From: Candidatus Bathyarchaeota archaeon
GTDB taxonomy: Archaea; Thermoproteota; Bathyarchaeia; 40CM-2-53-6; RBG-13-38-9
Direction: 5' to 3'
Assembly: GCA_963807605.1 (NCBI GenBank)
Contig: CAWECG010000001.1
Location: 384,001-448,000, forward strand
DNA length: 64,000 bases
Below are positions 1 to 11,100 of the stretch, piece by piece. The position numbers and the translations under genes are program-made. The notes beneath the pieces were generated by a model. The model was not told the origin of the DNA. It saw nothing but the letters and a program-made list of their open reading frames with translations, and made no database searches. Position 1 is the first letter of the stretch. Each line of letters begins with the position of its first letter.

Positions 1-96
1 AATGAAAACCTTCAAAATGAGGTAGAACAACTGCAATACAGAAAGTCTGACGCCAGCGTTGTAGTAAGTGAGTTACCAGAATCCTCTAAGATTCAG

Positions 97-2179
97 ATGA
101 AAAAGACACTTGGTTTGTGGGGGCTTGCGGTGAACGCAATGGCGCTTATTGCGCCAGGTGCGTTCTTGTGGACGACGTTTCAGGTTCAAGCTGCGCAGAC
201 TAATGGTGGTGTGACCACTGCGGGCGAGATGTGGACTGGCTTAGGAGCCGCACTTATACTTGCCTTCTTAACGGCATTTTCGTATTCGGAGCTCTCCAAC
301 ATTTACCCAAGTGCAGGTACTGGGTCTTCTTACTTCTTTGCCGGGGCAGCGTTCTTGGATGGGAAGAAAGCGTCTCTTCGGCAGTGGGCGCGAATCGTAA
401 AGTTCGTTGTGGGCTGGGTGTCGCACTTGTACTACTGGATCTACCCAGGCATCATGGTAGCCTTCTCAGCTACGTTAGTTGTGTACATCTTCGGCCTGTT
501 CAACATTGTCTTGTTGGCGTGGCAGCAGATCGCGATAGCTGCGGTTTTTGCCTTAGTCAACGGGTACGTTGCCTATCGAGGCATGCACGGCTCCACTATG
601 ACCGCTGTGGCGATTAACGTCATTCAGATCGTCTCGCTCGGGGCGTTCTCGATCCTCGCAATCTTGTACCGCCTGACACATCCGGGAGTGGCGTATGCGA
701 CCTCTGTGAGCTCCATTCTCTTGCCACATAACTTCACGAACATTCTTTTCCAGTCCACGATAGCGATCCTGCTTCTCGTTGGGTTTGAGTCGGTGACCTC
801 CTTCGGTGACGAGGCTGTGAACCCGAAGCGGCATATGAGAACGGCCGTCATCCTCTCACTTGCCATCCAAGGATTGTTCGCATACCTTTTCGAGTACTTT
901 GCTGCGAACTACTTTGTTGGCAGTCAGCTGACTGCGACCGATGCAACTGGCAAAGTTGTTACGGGTTATGACGCGGCGGCGGCGTCTGGGGCGCCGATCG
1001 GGGACATGATACGCGTTATTGGGAATACGATGCTCGGCGGCACGGGGCAAGATTCTTACGTTGATTGTAGCGGCCACGGTTATGTTAGCTCTGGTCGGGA
1101 CGACGTTGGCCTGTTTGAATACGGCGGTGCGTGTCACTCACGCCATGGCTAAGGATCGGGAGATGCCAACAGTTCTCAGCCTTCTGCATGGCAAGTATGC
1201 GACACCTCACTGGGGCATCTGGACACTGGTTGCCGTGTCTGCTGTGATTGGGAGTTACGGCGTCTTGAGCGTGGATAACCTGACCCAAATCACCTTGGCC
1301 TCCAACACTGGCACGTTTCTGGTGTATGGAGCTACGAACCTGATTGCCTTGCTGGCTTTCTATGGGCGCGTGGGTTCCCGGTTCCTCCAACATAAACTAG
1401 TGCCCTTCCTTGGCTTGGTGGCGAATCTGTTCATGCTTGGGGCGCTGGTTTACTTGAGTTTCGTGGCGGGGGGTTCGACATCTACTGACACTGTGATAGC
1501 GCTGGCCATAGTGATTGTGTGGATCGTCGTTGGCGGTGTGTGGTTTGCCAGTAACACTCATGGATTTTGGCCGTTTCGTAAGAATGGTCATCCCCTGCTC
1601 ATGAATGGGGATGACCTACCCGCAACTCTCGCGTGTGGTTGTGACCGAGCGCAGGGATGCTTTTGCTTCCCGTTAAGGGAACTGGATGGTTTCACTGATA
1701 CAGTAAGTGACCTAACTAAGGACCACAAGCTGAGCAACGCACAAGTCCACCAGTTGATAGACAGAGCCCAGGCAGTACTGAACACGAGACGACCAACAAA
1801 GGGTAACTATGACGATGCTAAGGAACTATACACTCGGAGTCTAGAGGTTAGTAAGAAGCTTGGTGACCAGAAAGGAATAGCTGCAACACTGCACCAACTA
1901 GGCATGATAGAGCAGAAAAAGGGCAACTATGACGACGCGAAGAAGATCTATAACCGGAGCCTAGAGACTAGCCAGAAGCTTGGTGACCAGAAAGGAATAG
2001 CCATAACACTTCGTGTGCTTGGACGACTTGCTGAGGAACAAGGTGATCTAGATTCTGCCGAAAGATACTATCAAGAGGCACTTGCTTTTTTTGAGAAGCT
2101 GCAAGCTAAACCGTACCTAGAATTAGCAAAGAACGATCTGGATCGAGCTAAGTCAAAGAAAACAATTTGGCATCTATGA
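97..2179 (+). pseudogene. APC-family amino acid permease split by a frameshift near 1043-1050, C-terminally fused to TPR repeats
   Basis: ORF 97..1152 (LKKTLG-type start, GFES motif, TM helices) continues in ORF 1019..2179 after a G-run (ggcacggggcaag). The frame is open from base 1, so the true start may lie upstream of the window. Confidence 0.75.
1798..2040 (+). repeat. Tandem ~120-nt TPR-coding repeats
   Basis: KGNYDDAKELYTRSLEVSKKLGDQKGIA / KGNYDDAKKIYNRSLETSQKLGDQKGIA. Confidence 0.8.
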
Positions 2180-2256
2180 TGTCTGGGTCTCCACCTTGTT
2201 CTTCTTTTGAGAGAATCTTTGAATACTGCCGCAACGATCCCAACTGCAGCTTGCGC

Positions 2257-2462
2257 AGAGAGGCGCGGGAAAGAATACCGTGTCGATGTGCTTCCGAAAG
2301 TTATGGTCACAGTAGTTGTTCCAGATGAGCAAGTTGAGATTGATCGAGATTATCATGAAAGTTACGTACACCGGAAGTATAGGAGACGGCAGGATATTCG
2401 TTCTACCAGTAGGAGAAACCATCCGAATTCGAACTGGAGAACGGAATAAGAAAGCTCTCTGA
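2257..2462 (+). pseudogene. P-II (GlnK/GlnB) fragment, N-terminus missing, frameshifted
   Basis: RGKEYRVDVLPKVMVTVVVPDEQVE, then a shifted frame LIEIIMKVTYTGSIGDGRIFVLPVGETIRIRTGE...stop at 2460-2462. Confidence 0.8.
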
Positions 2463-2699
2463 TAAGACGATCAAGCGCACCTTCACATCAAGAAACACGT
2501 GCGCTTATCGCCATTTTTCGACAAGAAAAGGCTGATGATTCACATTCCAAAGGAAAGCATCAAAGACAGGACATGGTCTCTAGAGTGGCACGATAAGACA
2601 TTGAACACCCTTCATTTCGGTAAATGAGAGAGTAAACTAAAAGCGCACACTTAAATTGATGACACTATCTTTGGGTCATTTTTCAGCAGGCGGGCCCTC

Positions 2700-5432
2700 T
2701 TGAAGGATATTGCTAAGTTATCAGCCGAGGATGTTTTCAAAGCGTTAGACACCTCGCCGGACGGATTGACAAATGAGACTGCTAAAAAGAGGCTTGAGGA
2801 ATATGGCCTCAACGTTTTGATCGAAAAAAAGAGAGGCTCCACCCTAGGTAAATTTGTTCATAATCTACTCGACTTCTTCAGTCTCTTGCTGATATTGGCT
2901 GCAGTACTTGCTGCCTTGAGCAGTATGATGCAGCTAAGCCTCCTCATATTTCTCATAGTATTGATTAACGCGGTTTTCAGTCTCTTCCAAGAATGGCGTG
3001 CAGAACAGGCCATGGCGAAATTGAAAAGCTGGATGCCTGAATACGCCAAAGTCATCAGAGACAAAACACTTTGTAAGATTCAAGTCAGAGATATCGTTTC
3101 AGGCGACGTGATAGTATTAGACGAGGGCGATAGAGTACCCGCAGATGCCCGCCTAATTGAATCTTATGAGTTATGGACTAATAATGTCCCATTAACAGGT
3201 GAATCGGCACCTCAATCTAGAACCGCAAAAATCGTAACAGAAGAACTCGGATCCCCATTAGAAGCACCTAATATTGTTTTCATGAGCACCAGCGTAGCAA
3301 GAGGGCATGGAAAAGCCGTAGTCTTTGCAACAGGCATGCAGTCAAATTTCGGTAAGATTGCAGGGCTAACTCAAGAGATAAAAGACACAGAAAGCCCGCT
3401 TCAAAAGGAGATCGCCCACACAGCTAGATACGACTTCGCCCTAGCAATTGCAGTAGGCGTCATCTTTTTCCTTATCAGTACTCTTTGGCTTGGCCTTAAC
3501 ATTTTCAGCAGTATGCTTTTCATGATAGGTGTAATGGTTGCTCTTGTTCCAGAAGGACTACAAGTCACTGTGTCAAGCGCTTTAGCAATCAACGTATTGA
3601 AGATGGTTAAAGAAAACGTATTGATTAGACGCTTATCTTCTGTCCAAACACTTGGCAGCGTCACTGAAATTTGTACAGACAAGACTGGAACGATTACAAA
3701 AGGCGAAATGACAGCTACAAAGATATGGTTATACAATAAAGTCATAGACGTTTCCGGAATTGGCTATGAACCCATAGGCAAATTCACATCCAAAGGACAA
3801 ACCCTCGAAACAAAAGACTTCATCTCGCTCGAAAGATTGATTGAAATCTGCGCTTTATGTAACACCTCGAAAGTTGAGCCGCCATCGGATAGAAATAAAA
3901 CCTGGAACATAATAGGCGATCCAACCGACGGAGCCCTACTTGTAGCTGCCCTAAAATATGGACTGGATACTCAGCGCATTCTCACAAACAAACTGATCAC
4001 TGACATTTTGCCTTTCAATTCCGAGAGAAAACGTATGACCACAGTCCATAAGGATGGACAACGCTTAGTCGCCTATACGAAGGGCGCTCCAAGAAGCATC
4101 CTTTCAATAAGCACAAAAATAGCTGTCAACGACCACGTAGAATCTCTAGTTAATGAATATTTGCGCCAAGTCGAAGCGAAATTACATGAATTTGCTGAGG
4201 AAGGATTACGATTAATAGCGGTCGCTTTCAAAGAACTACCTGGAACGATATCTGATTCTTCAGAAAGCCTCGAGAGTGAAATGACTCTTGTGGGTCTAGT
4301 GGCGATGAAGGATCCGCCACGACCAGAAGTCAAAGAAGCTGTCGCAGTGACTAAGCGGGCACATATAAGAACCACCATCATAACTGGCGATTATGGGCCC
4401 ACAGCGAAGGCTATTGCCAAAGAAGTTGGAATTGTTGAGACAGACAATTGCAAGGTAATTCGAGGCGTTGACCTGGAGAAGATGAGTGAGAACGAGCTTT
4501 CAACTGAGCTCGACTGTCAAGAAGTCATATTTGCCCGTGTTTCACCAGAACAGAAACTGCGGATCGTGCGCATGCTAAAAAAGAAGGGTGAAGTGGTCGC
4601 TGTTACAGGAGATGGGGTTAACGATGCACCTTCCTTGAAGGAGGCAGACATCGGTGTAGCCATGGGGCTCTCTGGCACGGACGTCGCTAAAGAAGCAGCC
4701 GATATGGTTCTGCTCGACGACAGCTATGCCTCCATTGTAAAGGCCGTGGAAGCTGGAAGAACAATATATGATAACATAAGAAAATTCATAGTTTATGTGT
4801 TCTCACACAATTGGGCCGAGCTTATTCCATACATTTTGTATATTGTGCTGGGAATACCGTTTCCTCTACTTGTTGTTCAAGTCTTAGCCATTGACCTTGG
4901 CATAGACGTCTTGCCATCGCTGGCGCTGAGCCGTGAACCTCCGGAGCCAGGAATAATGGATGAGCCGCCACGCAGCAAGAAAGAGAGGCTCTTCAACTCA
5001 AGAGTCTTGCTCCGCTCACTCTACATAGGCATAATCATAGCGGCAGGTGCGATGCTTGGATGTTTCAGAGCATGGTCTGCAGGCGGGTGGACGCTGGGAA
5101 TGCAACTTGATCCAAATAGTCTGGTCTACATTAAGGGCGTCACCATGACATTTTCGGGCATAGTTGTCGCTCAGATGGGCAATTTATTGGCCTGTCGAAC
5201 CAGTAAAGCGTCTCTCTTCAAAACTAGCTGGACAAGCAACAAATGGATTTGGTTAGGCATGCTCTGGCAGATATCTATACTCTCAATTCTGGTTTACCTT
5301 CCACCCCTACAGAGAGCATTTGGGACAACTGCCTTAGAGATAACCGATTGGATTTTCTTACTGACGCTTGCTGGCATTGTTGTCCTCGCTGAGGAAATAC
5401 GCAAGTTCCTTACAAGACGTTTGACTTCCTAA
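2700..5432 (+). CDS. Cation-transporting P-type ATPase (P2 type)
   Basis: TGES, PEGL, DKTGT, TGD and GDGVND motifs; 910 aa. Confidence 0.95.
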   Translation: MKDIAKLSAEDVFKALDTSPDGLTNETAKKRLEEYGLNVLIEKKRGSTLGKFVHNLLDFFSLLLILAAVLAALSSMMQLSLLIFLIVLINAVFSLFQEWRAEQAMAKLKSWMPEYAKVIRDKTLCKIQVRDIVSGDVIVLDEGDRVPADARLIESYELWTNNVPLTGESAPQSRTAKIVTEELGSPLEAPNIVFMSTSVARGHGKAVVFATGMQSNFGKIAGLTQEIKDTESPLQKEIAHTARYDFALAIAVGVIFFLISTLWLGLNIFSSMLFMIGVMVALVPEGLQVTVSSALAINVLKMVKENVLIRRLSSVQTLGSVTEICTDKTGTITKGEMTATKIWLYNKVIDVSGIGYEPIGKFTSKGQTLETKDFISLERLIEICALCNTSKVEPPSDRNKTWNIIGDPTDGALLVAALKYGLDTQRILTNKLITDILPFNSERKRMTTVHKDGQRLVAYTKGAPRSILSISTKIAVNDHVESLVNEYLRQVEAKLHEFAEEGLRLIAVAFKELPGTISDSSESLESEMTLVGLVAMKDPPRPEVKEAVAVTKRAHIRTTIITGDYGPTAKAIAKEVGIVETDNCKVIRGVDLEKMSENELSTELDCQEVIFARVSPEQKLRIVRMLKKKGEVVAVTGDGVNDAPSLKEADIGVAMGLSGTDVAKEAADMVLLDDSYASIVKAVEAGRTIYDNIRKFIVYVFSHNWAELIPYILYIVLGIPFPLLVVQVLAIDLGIDVLPSLALSREPPEPGIMDEPPRSKKERLFNSRVLLRSLYIGIIIAAGAMLGCFRAWSAGGWTLGMQLDPNSLVYIKGVTMTFSGIVVAQMGNLLACRTSKASLFKTSWTSNKWIWLGMLWQISILSILVYLPPLQRAFGTTALEITDWIFLLTLAGIVVLAEEIRKFLTRRLTS

Positions 5433-5592
5433 TACATGCCCAGCTTGTGTCTGCTCGTCAAGTGGGGCACCAGTTCTTGAAGACAATGATACTTAGCTAG
5501 CCCTTTTGATGTCATTTCGGCCATAAAATATCGGTTCCTGGTGTAAGTACGCTATATATATCATCGAAAGTTAAGCACGCAAGTGAAGAGCT

Positions 5593-7059
5593 TTGACCAA
5601 AAATGATGAACATAAGCGAATCTTCTTGTCTCCACGGCCACACACATGTTCAAAATTACTCCAAAACTCGGAAGAAATAGGTGAAGACACACGTATTGGC
5701 AACGATCGCGGGAGAGGCTATGTTTCGAGAATTCGGATGACGATCCTTGGATTTGTCATATTCACTGCGGGAATAAAGGCTGTGGCAGCTGAGTCTGCGG
5801 GAGCAGTCAACAGCGGCGATACAACATGGATTCTGATATCAGCCGCACTAGTGATGCTGATGACACCGGCAGTGGGTCTCTTTTATGGTGGAATGGTCAG
5901 AAAAAAGAATGTCCTAGGGATAATCACTCAGAGCTTCGTCGTCCTAGCCCTTGTGAGCATCCAGTGGGTCGTGTTGGGATACAGCCTCGCGTTTGGTCCT
6001 AACGTTGAAGGATTTTTCGGCGGAATAATTGGCAGTCTAAAATGGGCCGGGCTCGAAGGAGTAGGCGCCATACCAAATGCTAGTTACGCCCCCACGATCC
6101 CGCACCTCACCTTTGCGATATACGAGGCCATGTTTGCAATAATCACTCCAGCATTAGTCATTGGTGCGTTTGCCGATCGAGTGAAGTTCAGTTCTTTCAT
6201 TGTCTTCACCATTCTTTGGTCCACATTGGTCTACGATCCAATCGCTCACTGGGTGTGGGGAACGGGGGGATGGATCAAGGCTCTTGGTGCCCTCGACTTT
6301 GCAGGAGGAACCGTGGTGCATGTGTCCGCGGGCGTTTCAGCATTGGTAGCGGCGCTTTTGGTTGGAAAACGATATGGTTTTGGATTCCAAACCGAGATGC
6401 GTCCTCATAACATAACGATGAGTGTGCTCGGCGCTTCTCTATTGTGGTTTGGATGGTTCGGGTTCAACGCCGGCAGCGCACTGAGCGCTGGAGCTTTGGC
6501 AACTCGAGCCTTTGTGAATACAAACACGGCCGCCGCTGCTGCAGGATTGTCCTGGATGACCATCTCATGGGCGCATAGTGGGAAACCCAGTAGCTTGGGA
6601 ATTGTAACCGGTGCCGTCTGTGGACTTGTGGCCATAACTCCTGCTGCAGGATTCGTTAATACCATCTCAGCCATAATTATAGGAATTATTGCAGCTCTGA
6701 TCTGCTTCACAGCGATGGTCTTTCGAACAACCAAGACAGGGATCGACGACTCACTCGACGTCTTCTCCTGTCACGGTGTGGGAGGAATAATAGGTTCCAT
6801 AGCTACGGGAATCTTCGCTCAGAGACTCATCAATCCAAATGGAGCAGACGGACTATTGGCTGGAAACCCATCACTGTTGGTAAGCCAACTGATAGCTGTG
6901 GGTGCTACAGCACTCTACGCCGGTGTAATGACCGCGCTGATACTCATAGCTTTGAAGACTGTAAGAGGCATCCGAGTGAAGCCAGAAGAAGAAATAATTG
7001 GTCTGGACATTTCACAACACGGTGAAGAAGCATACCCAGACATGGACGTGCCAGCCTAG
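5593..7059 (+). CDS. amtB: Ammonium transporter (likely start ATG 5737)
   Basis: DFAGGTVVH, WFGWFGFNAGS and HGEEAY motifs. Confidence 0.95.
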   Translation: MTKNDEHKRIFLSPRPHTCSKLLQNSEEIGEDTRIGNDRGRGYVSRIRMTILGFVIFTAGIKAVAAESAGAVNSGDTTWILISAALVMLMTPAVGLFYGGMVRKKNVLGIITQSFVVLALVSIQWVVLGYSLAFGPNVEGFFGGIIGSLKWAGLEGVGAIPNASYAPTIPHLTFAIYEAMFAIITPALVIGAFADRVKFSSFIVFTILWSTLVYDPIAHWVWGTGGWIKALGALDFAGGTVVHVSAGVSALVAALLVGKRYGFGFQTEMRPHNITMSVLGASLLWFGWFGFNAGSALSAGALATRAFVNTNTAAAAAGLSWMTISWAHSGKPSSLGIVTGAVCGLVAITPAAGFVNTISAIIIGIIAALICFTAMVFRTTKTGIDDSLDVFSCHGVGGIIGSIATGIFAQRLINPNGADGLLAGNPSLLVSQLIAVGATALYAGVMTALILIALKTVRGIRVKPEEEIIGLDISQHGEEAYPDMDVPA

Positions 7060-7077
7060 AAGCGGTGGAAGGACAAG

Positions 7078-7419
7078 ATGAAGCTAATCATAGCATACGT
7101 CAAGCCGGAGAGATTCAAACTGGTCAAGAAGGAACTCTACAAGGCTGAAGTATTCAAGATGTCAGTCACCGCAGCAAGGGGCTGTGGAACCCAGAAAGGC
7201 TTCGTCGAGGTGCTGAGGGGAACGGTTGAGGAGGTAAACCTACTTCAAAAGATGAGAATTGAGATCGCGGTAAATGATGATTTTGTTCAGCCAACGATAG
7301 AAGCGATAGTAAGAGGTGCCAAGACCGGAAGCCTTGGAGACGGAAAGATATTCGTCCTGCCCTTGGAACAGTGTATCAGAATCAGGACCGGCGAGACGGG
7401 AAACGAAGCCATAGGCTAA
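7078..7419 (+). CDS. glnK: P-II nitrogen regulator
   Basis: TGSLGDGKIFV...IRIRTGE; directly downstream of amt. Confidence 0.93.
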   Translation: MKLIIAYVKPERFKLVKKELYKAEVFKMSVTAARGCGTQKGFVEVLRGTVEEVNLLQKMRIEIAVNDDFVQPTIEAIVRGAKTGSLGDGKIFVLPLEQCIRIRTGETGNEAIG

Positions 7420-7632
7420 GCACACACTAAATAAACGCGCTCTGCAAACGCGTTTGGCCCACCAGCGCGCGTAGGTCACTAATGCAAGTACTTGGCGCAC
7501 TCGGTCAACTTGTCGAATATGCGGTGATGAAAAGGATGGTATTGAGCCATTTTTAGGTATACATTTGTACATATCATACTTTCATACTTTAACGCTTTTA
7601 CGCCTTTTTTATCTGGATCTATAATCGTACCT

Positions 7633-7791
7633 TTAGTCTGTGAAAGGGTAGCCACAATATGGGCAATATAGTTCTTCTTTGCCTACGTCATTAGGCTTGG
7701 GTACTGTTGTTCCACCAGTCTGTGGAGCTGGTGCTGGCATCACATTCTTCTCACAGTTAGGGCAATACCTAAAATTATATGGATTTTCCAA
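7633..7791 (-). CDS. Small zinc-ribbon protein, 52 aa (not in the ORF track)
   Basis: GAGGTG SD then TTG; MENPYNFRYCPNCEKNV...LYCPYCGYPFTD. Confidence 0.65.
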   Translation of the reverse strand: MENPYNFRYCPNCEKNVMPAPAPQTGGTTVPKPNDVGKEELYCPYCGYPFTD

Positions 7792-7864
7792 AGCCCTACA
7801 CCTCTGCCTTTTTAATAGCCATTCTCAGCGGTTTCCTACGCGAGCCCTAATGTAGGAAACTTCG

Positions 7865-8116
7865 TCATTCCAAGCTCTTCTTGACCTTCTCGACATAAGT
7901 TTCATATTCTTTGACAAGTTCTTTATATGGAAAATCCCTCGGATTCCTCTTCACTGTTCGTAAGAATTTCTCTTGCACGCGAATATTCTTCTTTTGCTCT
8001 TTACGCCAAGCCTCGATCTCGCTCTGATCGAACACTACCTGACGGGCATTTTTCTTAATAGGTCTCTTAGAGTCAGAGACTGTAACAAGAAAGCTCTGAG
8101 GAAACTTCTTAGCCAT
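7865..8116 (-). CDS. Hypothetical basic protein
   Basis: 83-aa ATG ORF with protein-like composition. Confidence 0.5.
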   Translation of the reverse strand: MAKKFPQSFLVTVSDSKRPIKKNARQVVFDQSEIEAWRKEQKKNIRVQEKFLRTVKRNPRDFPYKELVKEYETYVEKVKKSLE

Positions 8117-8381
8117 ACTTCATCACTGCGTTTTCAGGTCTGCTTGAGGTTCTACTATTTGGACCCGTTCAGTATAAAATTTCAGTAGTTGTTGATTCTA
8201 CGCAGTATTTCAAGCTTCCTTCACTGATCAGGCGTGGTCAATCTTGTTGTTCGCTTTTAGGAAGAGGGTGATTGCCGTAACGAAGCCTAACCCCTTGAAT
8301 GAGCCGACGGTTAACAGCCCCAACAACCGAAAGAAAGCCGATGAATGAGCCTTCAACTTAACAGAACCTCCGTCCGCTTTG

Positions 8382-8389
8382 TTTATATA
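8382..8389 (+). promoter_or_regulatory. Putative archaeal TATA box
   Basis: TTTATATA about 50 nt upstream of the aldo/keto reductase start. Confidence 0.4.
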
Positions 8390-8437
8390 TAATACGTTGT
8401 GCTCTGAATCGAAAAGTGAGTCTAGGAAGTTATTTTT

Positions 8438-9460
8438 TTGAAAGAGAGGATTTTGGGCAGAACAAATCTCAAAGTAAGAATCATAGGCTTTGGAGGTATT
8501 CCAATTCAGAGGGTGTCTGAGCGAGAGGGTGTTAAAGTCGTTAGACGATGCTATGAGCGGGGCATCAACTACTTCGACACGGCAAGAAGGTACACTGTTA
8601 GCGAGGAAAGGGTAGGCAAAGCTCTCGAAGACGTTAGAGACAAGATTTTCCTGGCAACAAAGACTATTTGTCGAACAAAGAGTGAAGTTCTTGATGAACT
8701 TGAGATCAGTCTGAAAAACCTTAGAACAGACTGGATTGACGTCTACCAACTGCACAACGTATCTTCTGATGAGACATGGAAACAAGTGAAAGCGCCAGGC
8801 GGCGCGCTGGAAGCTCTTTACGAAGCACGTAAGAAGGATAAGATACGATTTCTAGGGGTCACGGGTCATAACCCATCAATTATGACGGAAGTTGTGAAGG
8901 AAAACATATTTGATACTGTAATGATTCCGTACAACTATCTCACGCCAACAGACGAGTTGCTCTCCCTATGCCACAAGATGAATGTGGGCACAGTTATAAT
9001 GAAAGCCTTTGGCGGAGGAGCCTTCACAAATGCCAAAGCGGCGCTGAAATTTGTTCTTAAGAATGAGAATGCTGACGTGGTAATTCCAGGCGTGATGAAT
9101 GTATCTGAAGTGGACGAGAATATCGCTGTAGCCAAGGGGCCATATGATCTATCTGCTAAAGATTTGAAAATCATAGATAAAGACAAAGCTGAGCTTGGAA
9201 ATCAGTTCTGCCACTCTTGCGATTACTGTCAGCCTTGCCAGCAGAAGATAAACATCTCCTTCGTACTGAATGCTGAAAATATGCTTAAACGTATAGGATG
9301 GACACCTATGGTCGAAGGAGGGTATCAAGAAGCCAAAACAAAGGTTCCCACCTGCATTAAATGCGGTGATTGCGAGTCTAGATGCCCATACCATCTCCCC
9401 ATCAGAGAGTTGTTGCCAGTTAGGCTGGCATACTTGCAGAAAAAACATGCCATGAAATAA
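8438..9460 (+). CDS. Aldo/keto reductase with C-terminal 4Fe-4S dicluster domain
   Basis: FDTA, LRTDWIDVYQLH; CxxCxxCxxC and CxxCxxCxxxCP. Confidence 0.93.
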   Translation: MKERILGRTNLKVRIIGFGGIPIQRVSEREGVKVVRRCYERGINYFDTARRYTVSEERVGKALEDVRDKIFLATKTICRTKSEVLDELEISLKNLRTDWIDVYQLHNVSSDETWKQVKAPGGALEALYEARKKDKIRFLGVTGHNPSIMTEVVKENIFDTVMIPYNYLTPTDELLSLCHKMNVGTVIMKAFGGGAFTNAKAALKFVLKNENADVVIPGVMNVSEVDENIAVAKGPYDLSAKDLKIIDKDKAELGNQFCHSCDYCQPCQQKINISFVLNAENMLKRIGWTPMVEGGYQEAKTKVPTCIKCGDCESRCPYHLPIRELLPVRLAYLQKKHAMK

Positions 9461-9552
9461 ATATCGTTTAGCGCGTGCGCTTTAATGATATTTTCCAAAT
9501 ATTGCCTTTGGTTACCTTACTGATTCTCAGTCGATCTTATCAAATGGTCGCA

Positions 9553-9819
9553 TCAACGTACTACCTCATCCCGTGATTCTTTTTTCTCCACAACATTTGC
9601 TCTTGAAATAACTGTTACCAATATTGTGTTCTGTAGAGGAGTAGTCACGATGTGGGCAACTTTAAAATCTCGGTTCTTTGGCTCTTTTTCAAAATCCTCT
9701 CTACTCTTGATTACTAGTCTACTAATAGCCGCATCTATAGAACTACTCAATGTCTCGCTTACCATCTTAGGTTTGATATCCACTTCTTCAGTCAAAGACA
9801 TATAATACAAATATTGCAT
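9553..9819 (-). CDS. Hypothetical protein, paralog of 55331..55564
   Basis: Shared PKM...LS.S...I and HI.TTPL...ILVTV.SR motifs. Confidence 0.7.
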   Translation of the reverse strand: MQYLYYMSLTEEVDIKPKMVSETLSSSIDAAISRLVIKSREDFEKEPKNRDFKVAHIVTTPLQNTILVTVISRANVVEKKESRDEVVR

Positions 9820-9918
9820 CTTACAACACCAACAACCTAATTGGTAGAAGCCTATTATTATGCTTCTTTAATCGCGCCTTTCTGTTTCTCGTAGAGGTCT
9901 AAGAGTTTCCGTATTATG

Positions 9919-10641
9919 TCATCGTAGGACCCGTTTTTCCTTCCGATCTCTCGATGGATCTTGCGGTTCTGTTAAGCTCGTGGAGGTTGCTTTTCGCTGT
10001 TGTGTCGGGTGCTCATGCCTGAACCTTGGGATGAATCGTGGGGTTCGTTTCATGTATTCACGATATTCGTCGCCGAACCTATCAATCAGCATAAGCTCCT
10101 CCTTACCTATCTGCGCGTAGATTATCGTGATTAGGACAAGTGCAGGCAAAAGGATAAGCCAATTAGCGGCCACAAGCGCCAAGGCCATTATGAATGTGAA
10201 GGCCCCCAAATAAATCGGATTCCTAACATAGCGGTACGGCCCGCTCGTAACCAGTGTCTCCTTCTTTCTCCGCAGGAACTTTGACGGGTCTAGGGTGTGA
10301 ACCCAATTCTTACCAAGCGTCCGATAACCCCAAAGCGTGAATGGAATGCTCAGAGCGGTTACACCGACCATGATTAACCGGAACCAATCAGGCAACGGAA
10401 TCGAGAGAAACACTATCCAACTGGGAAGTATGGCGTAGAGTATTATTCCTCCAAACCAGAAGGGAGCAAACAAGGCAAGGGCTACGATATGCAACTGTCC
10501 TTCATGTCGAGCCGTCTGGTCAATCGATGATTTACTCGTAGACTCCCTTGATGAGTATCTTATCCATGTTATGTTAGCAATGAAGATAAGCCATAGAGTA
10601 GAGAAGATAACTCTGAAAAACAGTTCATTTGTCACGTTCAC
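9919..10641 (-). CDS. Isoprenylcysteine carboxylmethyltransferase (ICMT/PEMT) family membrane protein
   Basis: LVTSGPYRYVRNPIY and EE..L..RFGDEYREY...TPRFIP. Confidence 0.9.
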   Translation of the reverse strand: MNVTNELFFRVIFSTLWLIFIANITWIRYSSRESTSKSSIDQTARHEGQLHIVALALFAPFWFGGIILYAILPSWIVFLSIPLPDWFRLIMVGVTALSIPFTLWGYRTLGKNWVHTLDPSKFLRRKKETLVTSGPYRYVRNPIYLGAFTFIMALALVAANWLILLPALVLITIIYAQIGKEELMLIDRFGDEYREYMKRTPRFIPRFRHEHPTQQRKATSTSLTEPQDPSRDRKEKRVLR

Positions 10642-10764
10642 GACCCCCCATTATCTCAACCACCATCCTTGAGTTCAACCTATCTCAACCTACGTGCTCT
10701 TGCAATCACCCGAAGATTAACAAGGATGAGCAGCACCCGTCAACTTAACGGAACCTGCCCTGCG

Positions 10765-10806
10765 GTTCTGTCAAGTCTATGTTGGACTTTCAATTCTACC
10801 ATAGAT
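10765..10806. repeat. Dispersed repeat, copy 1 (copy 2 at 17466-17507)
   Basis: ggttctgtcaagtct(a/g)tgttggactttc(a/t)attctacc(a/c)tagat is shared. Confidence 0.7.
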
Positions 10807-10924
10807 TTAGGGTGTCGGAATATTCAGACTTTACATTCAGGATGCCAATTCGCTTAGGTTTTAAAGTCTTGAATTTTAGGTTGTCTAGGGTCTAAGATTA
10901 TGAATCGTGTCCAAATTAGGATAC

Positions 10925-11077
<153 letters not shown>

Positions 11078-11100
<23 letters not shown>

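Noticed and set aside
5500-5592. NrpR operator upstream of amt
   Set aside because: No clean GGAA-N6-TTCC site found.
8228-8785. Antisense or overlapping ORFs (this one, 49194..49643, 59641..60219 and similar)
   Set aside because: Shadows of well-supported genes on the other strand.
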